DNA of 64,000 nt from Elusimicrobiota bacterium (GCA_028718185.1 JAQUMH010000002.1:4088-68087), one strand, 5' to 3'; shown: positions 18,294 through 32,300, counted from the first letter of the stretch. Program-made: numbers and translations. The notes: a model not told the origin generated them from the letters alone.

Positions 18294-19264
18294 AGTTTCA
18301 ACGCTTTTTTAATTTCTAAAATTGTTTGTGATGCAGCATTTTTTGCTTTAAGATTTCCATCTTTAAGTATTTGATTAATTAAATTAATATCTTTTCTAAT
18401 CTCTTTTTGTTTTTTATGAATTGGTTCTAATGATTTTATTATCTCAGTTGCAAGTGACTGTTTGCACTTAACGCATCCGATTTTTCCATTTTTGCACATT
18501 TCCTCAATTTCTTTAAGGTTTTTAGAATAAATTTCACAAAGTGCAAAAATTGGGCATATATCAGGATGTCCTTTATCGGTCGGGTGAATTCTTGCGGGGT
18601 CTGTTATATAGGTCATGACTTTTTTTGAGATTGTATCAGGAGTATCTGAAATATAAATACAATTATTCAGTGATTTTGACATCTTTCTACCGTCATTACC
18701 TGGTATTCTTGGTGTCTTGGTGAGAATCGCCTGCGGTTCAACCAATATATTTCCATAGAGTAAATTAAATTTTCTTGCGATTTCCCTTGTTAATTCCAGA
18801 TGAGGTAGTTGGTCTTCACCTACGGGAACTTTATCGGCTTTGTAAATTAAAATATCAGCCGCTTGAAGCACCGGATATCCCAAAAAACCATATGTACAAA
18901 GATCCCGAGTTTTTATTTCCTTGAGTTGTTCTTTATAGGTTGGACATCGTTCTAGCCATGGAAGCGGAGTAATCATTGATAGAATCAAATGTAATTCTGC
19001 GTGTTCTTGAATTTGGGATTGAACAAAAAACGTTGATTTTGACGGGTCAAGTCCGACAGCTAACCAGTCAACTACCATATCAACTGAATATTGTTTTATT
19101 TTATCTGTGTTTTCATATTCAGTTGTCAAAGCATGCCAGTCGGCAACAAAATAAAAACAATCATAATTTTTCTGAAGCTCAACCCAATTTGAAAGCGCAC
19201 CATGCAAATGACCAAGATGCAGTCTCCCAGAAGGTCTCATCCCCGACAATACTCTCTGTTTCAT
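18278..19264 (-). CDS. trpS: Tryptophan--tRNA ligase
   Basis: 328 aa. It has the class I HIGH-type motif (GRLHLGHLHG), KMSKS and GEDQLPHLELTR. Confidence 0.93.
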   Translation of the reverse strand: MKQRVLSGMRPSGRLHLGHLHGALSNWVELQKNYDCFYFVADWHALTTEYENTDKIKQYSVDMVVDWLAVGLDPSKSTFFVQSQIQEHAELHLILSMITPLPWLERCPTYKEQLKEIKTRDLCTYGFLGYPVLQAADILIYKADKVPVGEDQLPHLELTREIARKFNLLYGNILVEPQAILTKTPRIPGNDGRKMSKSLNNCIYISDTPDTISKKVMTYITDPARIHPTDKGHPDICPIFALCEIYSKNLKEIEEMCKNGKIGCVKCKQSLATEIIKSLEPIHKKQKEIRKDINLINQILKDGNLKAKNAASQTILEIKKALKLWNME

Positions 19265-19288
19265 ATATAATCCAGTCTGTTACAAGTT

Positions 19289-19515
19289 AGGCAAAGCTTC
19301 GCTTTGCAGCTACAAACCAATTGATATTGTAGCCGCAGAGCGTTAGCTCTGCTAAATCATTGAAATCCTTATACTCGAGTTAACGCCGACCAAGGTCGGC
19401 AACTACATCATCATTGTAGTGGCAGAGCTTGCTCTGCCTGCATCTTTAATATTCTTACAAATATTTTAAATTTTGTCCCGCTCCAGTTCCGCGCCTGCCT
19501 GCCTGCCGGCAGGTT
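19289..19515. repeat. Intergenic mosaic of at least 5 GC-rich hairpin modules arranged as hairpin-CTACA...TGTAG-hairpin units
   Basis: Modules read directly: GCAAAGCttcGCTTTGC; GCTACAA...TTGTAGC; GCAGAGCgttaGCTCTGC; GCCGACCAAGGTCGGCaACTACA...TTGTAGTGGCAGAGCttGCTCTGCC; and CCTGCCTGCCGGCAGG. Confidence 0.8.
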
Positions 19516-19520
19516 CCTTA

Positions 19521-20165
19521 TCAGACACCCGTAAAAAGAAGCCCTTGCAAAACTGATACTATTGACCACAAAAAATTAAGAAAACCAAACGAAAGTAAAA
19601 TAAATATTATAATAATTCCATATCTTTCAAGTTGGTTATATTTATAAGCAATATGTGAAGGTAAAAACGCCGAAAGTATTCTTGAACCGTCTAATGGCGG
19701 TATCGGAATAAGATTGAAAACAGCGAGCACTAAATTTATCTGAACATTAATGTATAAAAGTTTTATAATTAAATTATTAACCGATGAATAGGGGTCAGCA
19801 CCTGTAATCTTGAAAAGCCAGATAATCAAAGCGGATAATATTGCCATTGCAAAATTTGAGCCCGGACCCGCAAGTCCGACTTTCGCCATATCTTTTACCG
19901 GATTATTAAGACGGTAATAATCTATCGGAACCGGTTTAGCCCATCCGATTAAAATTGGCGCATGAATAAGAATCAATAGCAACGGAAGTATTATTGTTCC
20001 CATCATATCAATGTGCGGGATAGGATTAAGAGTAAGACGCCCTTGCATTTTTGCAGTATCATCACCGTTTAAGTATGCAACCCAGCCATGACAACACTCA
20101 TGAACAACAACCGCAAAAAACAAAAGCGGTATAGCAAGAATTAAATCAACATTAGAAATATTCAT
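19521..20165 (-). CDS. Site-2 protease family (peptidase M50) membrane metalloprotease
   Basis: 214 aa and polytopic. HExxH (HECCHGWVA) lies in TM1 and the second motif NLIPIPPLDGS is present. Confidence 0.7.
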   Translation of the reverse strand: MNISNVDLILAIPLLFFAVVVHECCHGWVAYLNGDDTAKMQGRLTLNPIPHIDMMGTIILPLLLILIHAPILIGWAKPVPIDYYRLNNPVKDMAKVGLAGPGSNFAMAILSALIIWLFKITGADPYSSVNNLIIKLLYINVQINLVLAVFNLIPIPPLDGSRILSAFLPSHIAYKYNQLERYGIIIIFILLSFGFLNFLWSIVSVLQGLLFTGV

Positions 20166-20202
20166 ATTTTTATATTATATTCATCTGTTAGAAAATGTCA
20201 AT

Positions 20203-20256
20203 AAAAAAATCCTCAATGTAGCAGTCGCATTACTATGCGACTTTAGTGAGGATTTC
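20203..20256 (-). terminator. Rho-independent terminator of the giant-gene operon
   Basis: The minus-strand RNA reads GAAAUCCUCA-cuaaa-GUCGCAU-agua-AUGCGAC-ugcuacau-UGAGGAUUU, followed by a U7 tract. It lies about 140 nt after the 4192-aa ORF stop. Confidence 0.65.
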
Positions 20257-20397
20257 TTATTAATATCACAGTTCTAATATTTTATGCTAAACGAAACCTT
20301 GCGGATTTAGTGTATGCTTTCATTTTACCACTTAAGTTAACCAAGCTAACTCCTCTAAGACCCTAAGACTTTATAATTCTGGACTTCGAACACCTTT

Positions 20398-23300
20398 TCA
20401 TTTTATCAGTCCTACCTTCCCGGTCTTCTTCCTGCCTGTAGCGTCTCTTATCTGATAAATATATACTCCTCTGGCTACTTTGTCTCCATCGTCATTCTTG
20501 CCATCCCACTCAAGCCAGCCAAGATTACCAAAGTCTGCCTCTTTGAGTTCCCTTGCCAATTCACCGGATACAGTGTATATCTTCATTTCACTGTTTATAG
20601 GCAGGTTTATTACCTTTAACTTACCACCTACCGCCATGTTAGGTTTATATGGGTTAGGATATACTTTCACATTACTCAGGTCTGTCGCAAGATAACTGCC
20701 CAATATACGATATGTTGTGAATCGTTTCACATTCGCTGTTATTGTCTTGTTTAGCTTGTCTACTATATGTACTCCAGGCACCAATTCCCACTCCCTACCG
20801 TTCCATGAATATATCCTTAATCCTTCTTCCTTTAATTCACCTATATCCACTAACGTGTATGGGATTGTTATGCTTATCGGCTTTGTAAATATATCTTCTT
20901 CCAATACCGATGTCTTATTTGTAAATGACAATCTTCCAAAATCATAACTTATGGGTTTCACGGTATCTACATATCTCGCTGCGTTTCTTACTACCGCCGG
21001 CGTCTTTGTCTTTATCACTGCCAAATTCCTGGTTTCTGTCAATACGTTTTCGCTCACTATTATCTTTAGTTTGTTTACTCCTTTTATCATTCCGCCATTG
21101 TTTCCTATTGGTTTTGCAAGATACATATCGTTGATATTTGTCAGGGTAGGCAACATGCTGTCTCCGGTAACTGATACTGTCTCTATTTCACTATTGAATG
21201 GTATTGATATCTCCCTTTCTCCTGTATCTTCTTTTGTCAGTATTGCGTCTGCAACGTTCAATATACCGGTTTTTGAGTTCTTTGTTGATAGTGTTAGTGT
21301 CCCGCTGTAATCCGTTGTGGGGTTATTGTCATTTGTATTGTATACTTGTGCTTTGAATTTCAAGCTTGATACTGTTATAGCTGGGTCTAATGACGCTGTA
21401 TCTAATGTCGGTCCGTCTTCGTAGTAATATGACTTTAAGGTGTTACTGTACTTTATAATAGGTTTTGGTGGTGTAGCGAGTCCTGTTACTGTCTCAAGAC
21501 GAACATCATCTATGTAATATGTATCGCCTGCAGTCGCATATGGCGTAAACCAGAACCGGAAACGTCCATCGGTTACCGGAGCTGTAAAGCCTGTGGTGAT
21601 AAATTCGGTAGTAAATGTCTGCCAGCTTGTGCCAAGGTTCGCTGTGTAATTCAAACCGTAGTCTGTGTATGGGGTCCCATGCTTTAACAAGTGTACTGTT
21701 ACGGCATGTCTGGTTGGCGAATAGGCTGTAAATATCAATCTATATCTGGTATTAGGGTTAAGGCAAATTCCTGTCTGGTATAATTGGATGTTACCATTGG
21801 CAGCGGTTATTGTACATTTGGCGGATTTGGCTCCTTCAAAACCTGGTGTTGTGCTAATAAATGTGCCTCCGCCACCTGCATAATATGCCCAGGAATCTGT
21901 ACCTGATTCAAAGCCGGCATTTATAACATGATTTGTGCCGGAAGAAGTGCTTAGTGTGCTGAACGTATAATTTTCGCTTGTTGCTATATTGCCGGAACCA
22001 TCTTTACTTGTTACATGGTAATAATATGTAGTACCTAACGTTAAGCCGGTTATGTTAACGCTATGGCTTGTTACTTTTGTTGTATCTGATGTCGTTGAAA
22101 TACCATATAGTGTTGTTGTACTGTACTCTACCTGTGAATCGCTTGGTTCATTGGTGAGCCAATTTATTACTGCGGAATTCCAGGTTATATTGCTGGATGT
22201 AACGCTCGTTATTATGGGCGGGGTTGTATCAGGTGGGACTGTTTCAAGGTGTATATCGTCTACGTAATACACATCACCTGCTGCTGCATATGGGGCATAC
22301 CACAACATTAAACGGGCATCAGTAACAACAGACGAAAATCCGGTTGTTACAAATTCGGTGGAATATGTCTGCCAGCTTGTGGTCAGGTTCGCCAAATAAT
22401 TATCCAAACCATAATTGGTATATGGGGTGCCGTGTTTGAACACGCGCACTGTCATATCATGTCCTGTATTGGAATAGGCTGTAAATGTTAATTTATATCT
22501 GGTATTCGGATTAAGGCAAATTCCTGTCTGGTATAACTGGATGTTACCGGTGGATTTGGTTATTGTACATCTGGCGGACTTGCTACCTTCAAAACCGGGT
22601 GATGTGGTAACAAACGAGCCTGCTTCTTCGGTATAAAAAGCCCAGGATGTTGTGCCTGATTCAAAACTATGATTACTTATGAAATTTATGTCGCTTGTAA
22701 ACGTATTGTCTTCGCTTGTTGAAAAATTACCTGATTCATCTCTGCTGCTTACCCTGTAATGATATACTGTACCAGGCATTAATCCTGTTATATTAGCACT
22801 GTGATTTGTTAACTTAACTGTACTTAACACTGTTGAGTTTCCATATGATGTTGTTAGTCCGTACTCCACCTGCGAATCGCTTGGTTCATTGGTTATCCAA
22901 TTTACTAATGCGGAATTCCAGGTTATATCGCAGGATGTAACGCTCACTATTATTGGCGGGGTTGTATCAGGTGGAACTGTCTCAAGATGTACATCGTCTA
23001 CGTAATACACATCTCCTGCTACTGCATATGGCGCATACCAGAACATTAAACGGGCATCAGTAACTACAGACGAAAATCCGGTTGTTACAAATTCGGTGGA
23101 AAATGTTTGCCAGGTTGTGGTCAGGTTCGCCAAATAATTACTTAATCCGTAGTTGGTATATGGGGTGCCGTGCTTGAACACGTGCAATGTCATATCACGG
23201 CCTGTATTGGAATATGCTGTAAATGTTAATCTATATCTGGTATTCGGATTAAGAACGATATCTTTTTGGTATAACTGGAGGTTACCGGTGGATTTGATTA

Positions 23301-26300
23301 TTGTACATCTGGCAGACTTGCTACCATCAAAACCAGGTGATGTGGTAACAAACGAGCCTGCTTCTTCCGTATAAAATGTCCAGGATGATGTGCCTAATTC
23401 AAAACTATGATTACTTATGAAATTTATGTCGCTTGTAAACGAATTATCTTCACTTGTTGCAAGATTACCTGCTGTATCTTTACTCTTTACCCTATAATGA
23501 TATACCGTACCTGATGTTAATCCGGTTATATTAACGCTATGATTTGTTACCTTAACTGTATCTAACACTGATGAGTTACCATATGATGTCGTTAGTCCGT
23601 ACTCCACCTGTGAATCACTTGGTTCATTGGTTAACCAATTTATTACTGCGGAATTCCAAGTTATATCGCTGGATGCAACATTCGTCATTATCGGCGGGGT
23701 TGTATCACTCATCACTTCAAACTCTGTTGTTGCAGATGAAGCATTACCTGCTAAATCAATAATATTTACTTTGCAAGTGTATGTACCGGAAGAAACATTT
23801 TGCCCAATTGTATTTTTGCCATCCCACTCACAACTATAATTTCCAGCAGGTACAGCCAAATTACTTATAAGGGCTCTTGTTAGTACATCATTATTGTAAA
23901 TTTCAACATTTATTACCGATTCTTTAGATAGAACAAATGAAATTTCTGATTTAATCCTTGCACCATCTGGTGATATTACTGCAGCAGATACCGATAAATT
24001 AGTTATCTGTGGTAAAGTGGTATCTCTTGTTATTGATGTTATTTTTGATTTAGGGCTATCAAACGGAATATTATTAAACCACCTCGTCGTTTTTGCAAAT
24101 ATTGGATTTGCTCCTTCTGAAAGCGAAATTTCTGCTGAAAATCTGCCATTACTATCTGCTTTTACTGTCTTCAAACTAGCACCGTCATTATATACTGTTA
24201 CATCTGCAACAGCTTCTACTACGCCTGTAATTGTTATATATTGCTGGTTTGTTATTGTTGATATATTTGCGTCAAATTCAGGTATTGGCACTTGTGGGAT
24301 TATTAAATACTGCGAAAATCCTACTACTTCACAACTTACTTCAAAAATATCGTTCTTCCCTGATGCATCTTTTTTCCACCCTAAACTTGTTAGTGTTGTT
24401 GGTTTTACTTTGCCATTACTGTCGACATGATATGCAGTGAGTTTTCCTATATCTACATTTGTAACTTCTTCAGGTAAAAATCGCACTGTTAAAACAGCAG
24501 GAGCAACTAATTTACCATTTCCATCTTTATTAAATTGTATATCTTTTGGTTCCATATCAAATAACGCACCAAGAGGCAGAGGCATACCTGTATCAACAAT
24601 AATATCTGTATCTGACAATTTTACTGGTGTTATGCTTACAGTGGTTGGTTGTAATAATGAATCAGTGTAAAATTCTAAATATGCTTTGTTCCATGGTGCT
24701 GATACATATTTATGTTCGCCAGGAAATACTTGTTTACCAACATATACTGTTTGCTCTATTTCTTTTACACCATTACCGGCAAATACATATAACTTTATTT
24801 TGTACTCTCCATTAAGTCCTGATACATCCCAAAATGATAGTGTATTATTTGAAACAGGTTGAGTGGATATTACCGGTATGGTTTTCAATATTGTATCGCC
24901 TGTCTTTTGATAGAACATTGAATATCCCTTAAAATCACTCCCAAACGCACTACCTTTTATCTCAACAAATCTTTTTGGTGCCGCTTCATCTGTTGATATT
25001 TTTACGGTAAAGTCGTCATTAATATCATTACTATCTGTGTTTGATGCTTTGGTAAGTTTCTTATCCACTACCAAATCATTACACATAGTGCCGTCTGGAT
25101 ATTGCAATTTTATGTCCCATTGTTTTTGAGTATCATAATTATCTGCATCAATCCACACATAAGGATTGTCTATAGTAGTTCCATTTTGTTTCCAAAAAGT
25201 ATATTTGTTTTTAATTTCATCGGGGTTATTCATATTTACCAAAGGATATGCTGCAGAAATCGTTATTGGTCTATATCGGTCAGCAACTGTTGGTTCAAAA
25301 GGTCCTTCTATTACAAAATCTGCTTGAAGATTATTACCACTATTATTAAATTCATTATTTTTACTAATGATCTTATGTTCTGGCAATCCTTGGTCATCTG
25401 TTGTCATATCCCATGATTCTTTCTCGTTGGTTGTCGCTTTTAATTCTAAAAGACCTCTTTCTTCTACTATTGTTTTAAGGACTTTAGGATTTGTTTGAGT
25501 CACAAATGTATAAGGAGATGATGACGGAATATAGTCATACGGTATTCTTATTTCTTCAATTGAATTGTAAGTATCGTGCCCATTATAACAAGTATTATTT
25601 ACAGTTACTGAAGGTTCGTAATTTGCATTTATTTTTACTTCACGTAAAACAGGAGTTTTACTTCCATCATTTGTAGATAAAGTTGCTTTCCATCTGATGT
25701 ATTTTCTTGGTGTTGAGTAAATTGGCTGACCAGGGGTTGCTGTTCTTTCAGATTCCCAACTATATCCATCATCACTCGTTTGAGTCGTATAAGTGATATT
25801 CGTTCCTGAAGGTTTGTATTCAGATACCTCAAAATTTCTCCAAGACGATGGTGCTGTTTTACAATCGTGTGCTTGAGAAATAAGTGTTCCAACTAAACCA
25901 AAATTCTGAGTGACATTGTATATTACTGGAGTTGTTTGTAAATCACGAGTAGCAAAATCTGCCCTCCATTTAAAATACCGTTTCTGACCAAGTGATGGCA
26001 CTACTCCATTTTCCACTATTGGGGCGGCTTCCCAGTTAATATTTTCTCCAGAACTATTGTAGCTTGCAATCCTATATGTTATGTGAGCCCCTCCTAAATA
26101 ACCTACATTATTTTCATCACTCGTTTGAAATAAGTTCCAAATTGGTGAATAAGAATATGTATCATGTTCTTGTGAAATAAACACACCTGTATTTTCATAT
26201 CGTTTTTGGTATCCCTCTATACTATTAAGAAATAAATATGCACCATGATTTGAATTGTGGGGCTGCACAAGGATCTTAAAATATGGTGCATAAAATGGTG

Positions 26301-29300
26301 TGGGAACTTCTTCATCAAATGAAATATTTATACTAGAACCATGAGAAACTACCTGACTCCAATACTTGTAAGTTGTCCATGGGCCATTTGAACTATTGCC
26401 GTATTGCAAGTAGATATTAGCACCACAATTATTTCCATCTTTATGCCATACAGCAACACTTCCTACTACCCGTAATCTATAAAATTTATAATGCCATGGA
26501 TATATAGGTGGTACACCTTGAGGAGGTCCTGAACGACCACAAACAAACGCCCAAGTGTTTCCATACCCAGCCCATGCAGGCCAGACAAGAGTACTATCAT
26601 TTCTATCATTTGCATTTGTCCAAGATGAACTAGGAGCAAGCGGATAATTACCCGAAATATCATCGTATTGTTCATGTATTGCATCCACAACATATTGACT
26701 AAACTGAACTTTATTATCAGCAATTATAAGAGTAGGTGTTTTTTGCCCATTATAAAAAGTAGAAATATCATCATATTTTTTGGTACATATCTTAACATTA
26801 CCCGACTCTGAATTTAGGTCAATATTACTTATGCCTCCTTGTCCAAAATCTTGTTGTGATGTTTGTATCCACGACTGTGCAGCATGTGTTTGCACAGTAG
26901 CAGAAAATGATTGCGGTGAATAATATTCCCCCTTTTTTACAGTTGCGGACCAGTTGAAATTAGAAGACCCTTGATTAACTGAATATGGTGCTGGTGAAGT
27001 AATTTCTGCTAACCCACTTCCTGGTCCTCCAATAACTGCAATTGAAACTGACGCGGAACCTTTTGTCTGGTCATCTACTGCAATAACATCTATCTTGCAA
27101 GTATATAACCCTTCTACAATACTACTCCAGACTGTTGTATACTCTGTCAACCCAGATGTAAATTCATTATCAACCATCTTTACAAGATTACCTACTGTAT
27201 CATAAATAGTAATATATACTGTAGCTGCTTTTGTCAGTTCATATGTAATTTGGACTGGTTCATTTAACAAGACATCTGATTTGTCTGATTCAAATTTTGT
27301 AATCTTTAGTGGTTCTGTTATGGTTACATTTACATTTACACTAACAGATTTCTTATCCATCCCGAGACCGTCTATATCTACTGCTGTTAATTGTATCCTG
27401 TAAATCCCATTTTGCACATACTGTTTTCTAAAATCCTTACCATCCCACTGTATTGTTTCACCAGCAGTTTTATTAAAATATTCTGAATGTAAAATTACCG
27501 GACCAAATGTGTTGACATCAACCATCTTAAAAATATCCAGTACCACATTTGACTTTTTGCCGGTATTCTGCATTAAAGTATATGAGATATTCAATTTATC
27601 ATTTATTGTGGTTATATTAAACACCTGGTCAGAAATAGGTGCTGTGATATTAAGTATCGGCTTGTCAGTTTCTGGAATTGTATTGTCCACTTTTACCGAT
27701 ACTGTTATTGCACTGTAGTTTGATGGCATAGCACTATCCTGTGCAACCAATAAAATTGTATAGGTACCATTTGGTAAAGATGATACATCCCAATACGCTA
27801 ATGTTGAATTTAGTATTGCTCTGTATGATGCATTAGAATTTGGATAATTTACATCATTTGGACTTTGATTTGACACAGGTACTGGTATCGATTTCCATAC
27901 ATTCATATCTGGACTTATGTAATTGTCTGGTGTCGCATTACTATAAGTAGCATACCATACTTTGTAACACAAAAAGTCAATATTATCATTTACTACTGGA
28001 TCTATTGCTATACCAACTATTTCTACTTGATTACCAACTATGCCATTAAATACTGGTGACACTATTTGGGCAGGTATCTGATTTTTTATTACATTTACCG
28101 TCTCTTCTGCTTTATTTCCTACTTCATCTGTTGTCTTTATTTTTATAACATAACTTCCATCACTTGCAAAACTGTTATCTTGTTTCTTTCCATCCCATGT
28201 ATAGGAATATAACACATCTTTTTGTTTTACCTCGGATATTGGACTTCGGACTATCTGTCCTAATATATCTTCAACAGCTACCTCTACTGTTGCATTATCA
28301 CTTATCTTATAATATGCTGTTACAGTATCATTTTTAAGTTCTGGATTAAATATTTGTATATTTGTGTAAAGTGTGGTTACAAATGACGGTGTTCTATCTA
28401 TCTTAAATGTTTGCAATATTGGAATCGTATTGCCTATATTTCCAGATTCATCTGTTGCTTTTAATCCTAATGTATACTCTCCATCAGACGCAGTATTCCC
28501 CAACGCATCTGTCCCATCCCAAGCATATAGAAGATTTTGTGTTATATTCGGTGTAACTACAAAATCTGTTACTTTTGTAAACAATCTTGTTCCTGATGTA
28601 AAAGTAAAACTCACCTTTGCTGATGGTGAAAATCTATCAAATATATCAAATGATATATCTACACTTTTATCATTTTTAGTAAAAATATTATGGGAATAAG
28701 CACCAGGATTTATATATATACTGCCATTTGATACCTGTGGTGGTGTTATGTCTACAATTATATCGCCTTCATATACCTTTAAGTTCTCTGCCTCATCAAC
28801 TGCTGTTATTTTACATTTGTAAATCCCTTCTGCTACTACTACCCCATTGGTATTTTTACCATCCCATATATCTAAATTTGCCCCTATATTCTTTGAAATA
28901 CTATCAATAAGTGTTCTTACTAAATTATTCTGTAAGTCATATATTTTTATTGTTGTTTTAATCACTGTTGAGAAATTATCCGATAAAGTATAATCTATCG
29001 TTGTTGCCTCTTTTATTCCATCACCATTAGGTGAGAATGCAAGACAGGAATAACTCGTTATATCTGGTGGAGTTATATCGTATCTCAACGTAACTGTTGC
29101 ATTTTTAGTGTAGTCAGTATTTCCAGCATTATCTTTAAGCCAGATATATAATATATTATTCCCTTCAACAACAGAGAAATTGGAAGTAAATGTTTGAGTA
29201 TTAGGAATATAATTTGCAGGTTCCGTATTTAACTTATAATATGCTCCTGCTATTCCTGATAAATCAGAAGGAGTTGACCATGATATGGTAAATTGTGTCT

Positions 29301-32300
29301 GGTTTGTCCAACCGGATGGTGAAACAGATAAAGATTGTGGTTTATCTGGCGGGGTCGTATCTACTATTATTCCATCACTGCTAACCGGGGTCTCGGAACC
29401 AGCTCCATTTTTCGCTTTCACTGTAAAATAATAAATACCGTCATCTAAAGGTGAATCAAATGTCCTAGTTATATTACTAAGTGTTCCTGTTGATGTTAAA
29501 GCGATAATATTATACCATCCAGTATTCGGATATTGTGATGTTCCTATTGCATATTGATATTCCACAATTCCAGAGATATCCTCGGTAAAACTCCAATTAC
29601 AAGAAAGTTGTGTGTTATTGTTTGTATATAACCCATCATTAATTGATACACACATTGGCGAAGTTGTATCAATCATTACACTGCCTCCTGTTAGCCATGC
29701 ACTCCATCTACCTGCCCCATTTTGAGCACGAACTTTTGCAAAATATGATTGACCATGAATAAGACCATCTACAGTATAATTTGTTTGACTATTTGGAACA
29801 TCTGCTTGTGCTATTAGGCTATCTGTGATGCTATTATAAATTGCAATATTAAAATTAGATATACCACTTTCCATATCGGTAGCAAAATCGCCTTCCCATG
29901 TAAATGTTACTGTTGTAGAAGAGGAATAGGCACCTCCTGCAAATCTTGGTGCCTTTGCAGGACCACTAGGCATTTCTGGGTCTGTTGTATCAAGATAAAT
30001 TTCATCCTTTATTTCTACTATAGAAATATTTCCTGCTTTATCTTTATATCTCGCCCATACCGTTTTATTACCTGCTCCTGCTGTCAACCACCAAGGAGAA
30101 TAAATATGTGTATACTCAATCCAATCTCCAATAAAAATTATTCCATCATAAGAAAACTGCATCCAACCAACTTCACTATTATCTGAAACTGTGGAATACA
30201 AACTAACTTGCTGACTACCTGTAAAATTTTCTAACGGTGCAAATGTATCTCTAATAAGTAAACTTCCAATCGGTGGGGTAACATCAATCATAAACTCTTT
30301 ACCAATAGTTGGTGTAACATTTGTAGCAATATTCTCTCCAATATCTTTTCCACTTATGGTAACGGAAACCATTCCTTCAACACCAGGACCAGAAACAATA
30401 TTTACTTCACCTTTATACACATTCCCTGATACAAGTATGGTTGCTACTTCTGTTTTATCATTCACAGTACCAGGAGCATCTATACTGAATGTTGGGTTGG
30501 CAGATAATTGTTCACTTGCAGTTATTTTTAGATAAATTGTTTGTGCTTTAGTTATTGGCTTTCCTGTATAAGTTGCTAATGGTTGTGTAAGATTTGAATC
30601 TGCAAAATATTCTACTGTGAAATTTGGTGGTATCATTGCTATTAAAGAGTAATCTAAATTATTAGCAAAAGCGTCTGTATTGCTTGGTATAACAATAACT
30701 TTGGAACAAGTTGTATCAAAATTGGAAATGGATACGGTATTACCAGTTTTATTTAAATCATTTTGTTCTTCTATAGTGCCATCCATTTTAACTTTCAACA
30801 CTTTGCCACCCCATAATGGTGTAACTACTGATGAATCAAAATTAAGGAGAAGCGTTTGTGGAGTTGGTTTATCAGGTGCTGGACGAAATTCAAAATAGTG
30901 ACTTGCAAGATGCATAACAGTATTAACTCCTGATGGGTATTGGTATTTAGCAGAAGTATCTAAAACTGTTATCTTCGGATAAGAATTACCTTCAATATAA
31001 TATTTAGAAGCATCATAATTCCAAACAGTAAATGTCTTAAATTCATTAGATAAACTTGTTCCATGACCTGATATTAATTCGCTATCAATTGCCGACAAAG
31101 AATCGGTAGTTTTACATATATCCCAAATCTGGCGAATTATATCTTTCTCATTAAATCTCTCGGAAAAATATTTTGCAAAAATACAGGAACCGTATTCATT
31201 CCAATCATTTATATAATCCAATGATTGAGTAGAATTTGCAAACCAAGATGGCTTTCCAGCAAATCCTTTAAGATATTGTAAATAGTCATTTACATTAGGA
31301 TAAATTTCATCTTCCATCCAGACAGATGTAGCTTCATTCCACCAATAATTATCATCTCTTGGATTATAACTACATTTAACAGCATGAAAAAACTCATGGG
31401 CGGAGGTAATCTGCATAGCATCTGTACCATGTGTATAAAATTTATCACCAATATAATCATTGTCTACCTGAATTATAGAACCTAAAATTGGATGTTTATA
31501 TGCAGTGCTTCCATATGCGCCATTTCCTAAATTTAAAATATAAACAGGTAATTTATTTTCAATTACAAAATATTCTGATGGTGGAGATTCATAACCATAT
31601 GAACCAGGTTTCACTATTTGGTTCCAACTATATTCAAAATACTGTCCAAAATTATATACATAATCGGGAATACCATTGTGTGATTGCCAACCTGCTGAAT
31701 TGACCTGATTAACATCAGGATTTGAAATTGTATATGCTCTAAAATGAAACTTAAAATTAGTGGTTTTATAAACGCCGTAAGTGTAATATACATCTTTTAT
31801 ATTGCTAACATTACCAGCAACATCCCACACTTGTATCATTATATGATTTATTCCTTGGCGAAGATTAATATTATCAAACGATTTAGTATCATTTGTGCCA
31901 TTTACGTATTGTTCTTTTGCTGGTCCTATTTCTGGTATTACCACTATTTTTTCCAATTGAATCGTATCTGACACAGTAACATTTATTGTTATTGTTTCAT
32001 TTTCTCCTTGATTTTGGTCAGGAGGATTAAATGAGACCACGGTAGGTTTAGTTTCATCAAGTATAATGGAAGTGGAAACAAAGGATGATATATTACCTGC
32101 ATAATCTTTAACTCTAAAATATATTGTTTTTGCACCTTCGCCAGTAGAATTAATATAATAAGATTTTGATATAGAATAATCTTCCCAAGTTGATGGCCAA
32201 TTATTAGAATCCTCAGTAAATTGCATTTTCGCCACACCGGAAGTTGCATCACTTGCTAATAACGCTAATGTAATAATTCTATTATTAGTAAATCCCGTAC

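Noticed and set aside
20480-32252. About 30 short ORFs (both strands, 60-137 aa) inside the giant-gene coordinates
   Set aside because: All are nested in the single uninterrupted 12.6 kb frame, whose translation shows coherent domain motifs. The nested ORFs have low-complexity, motif-free translations.
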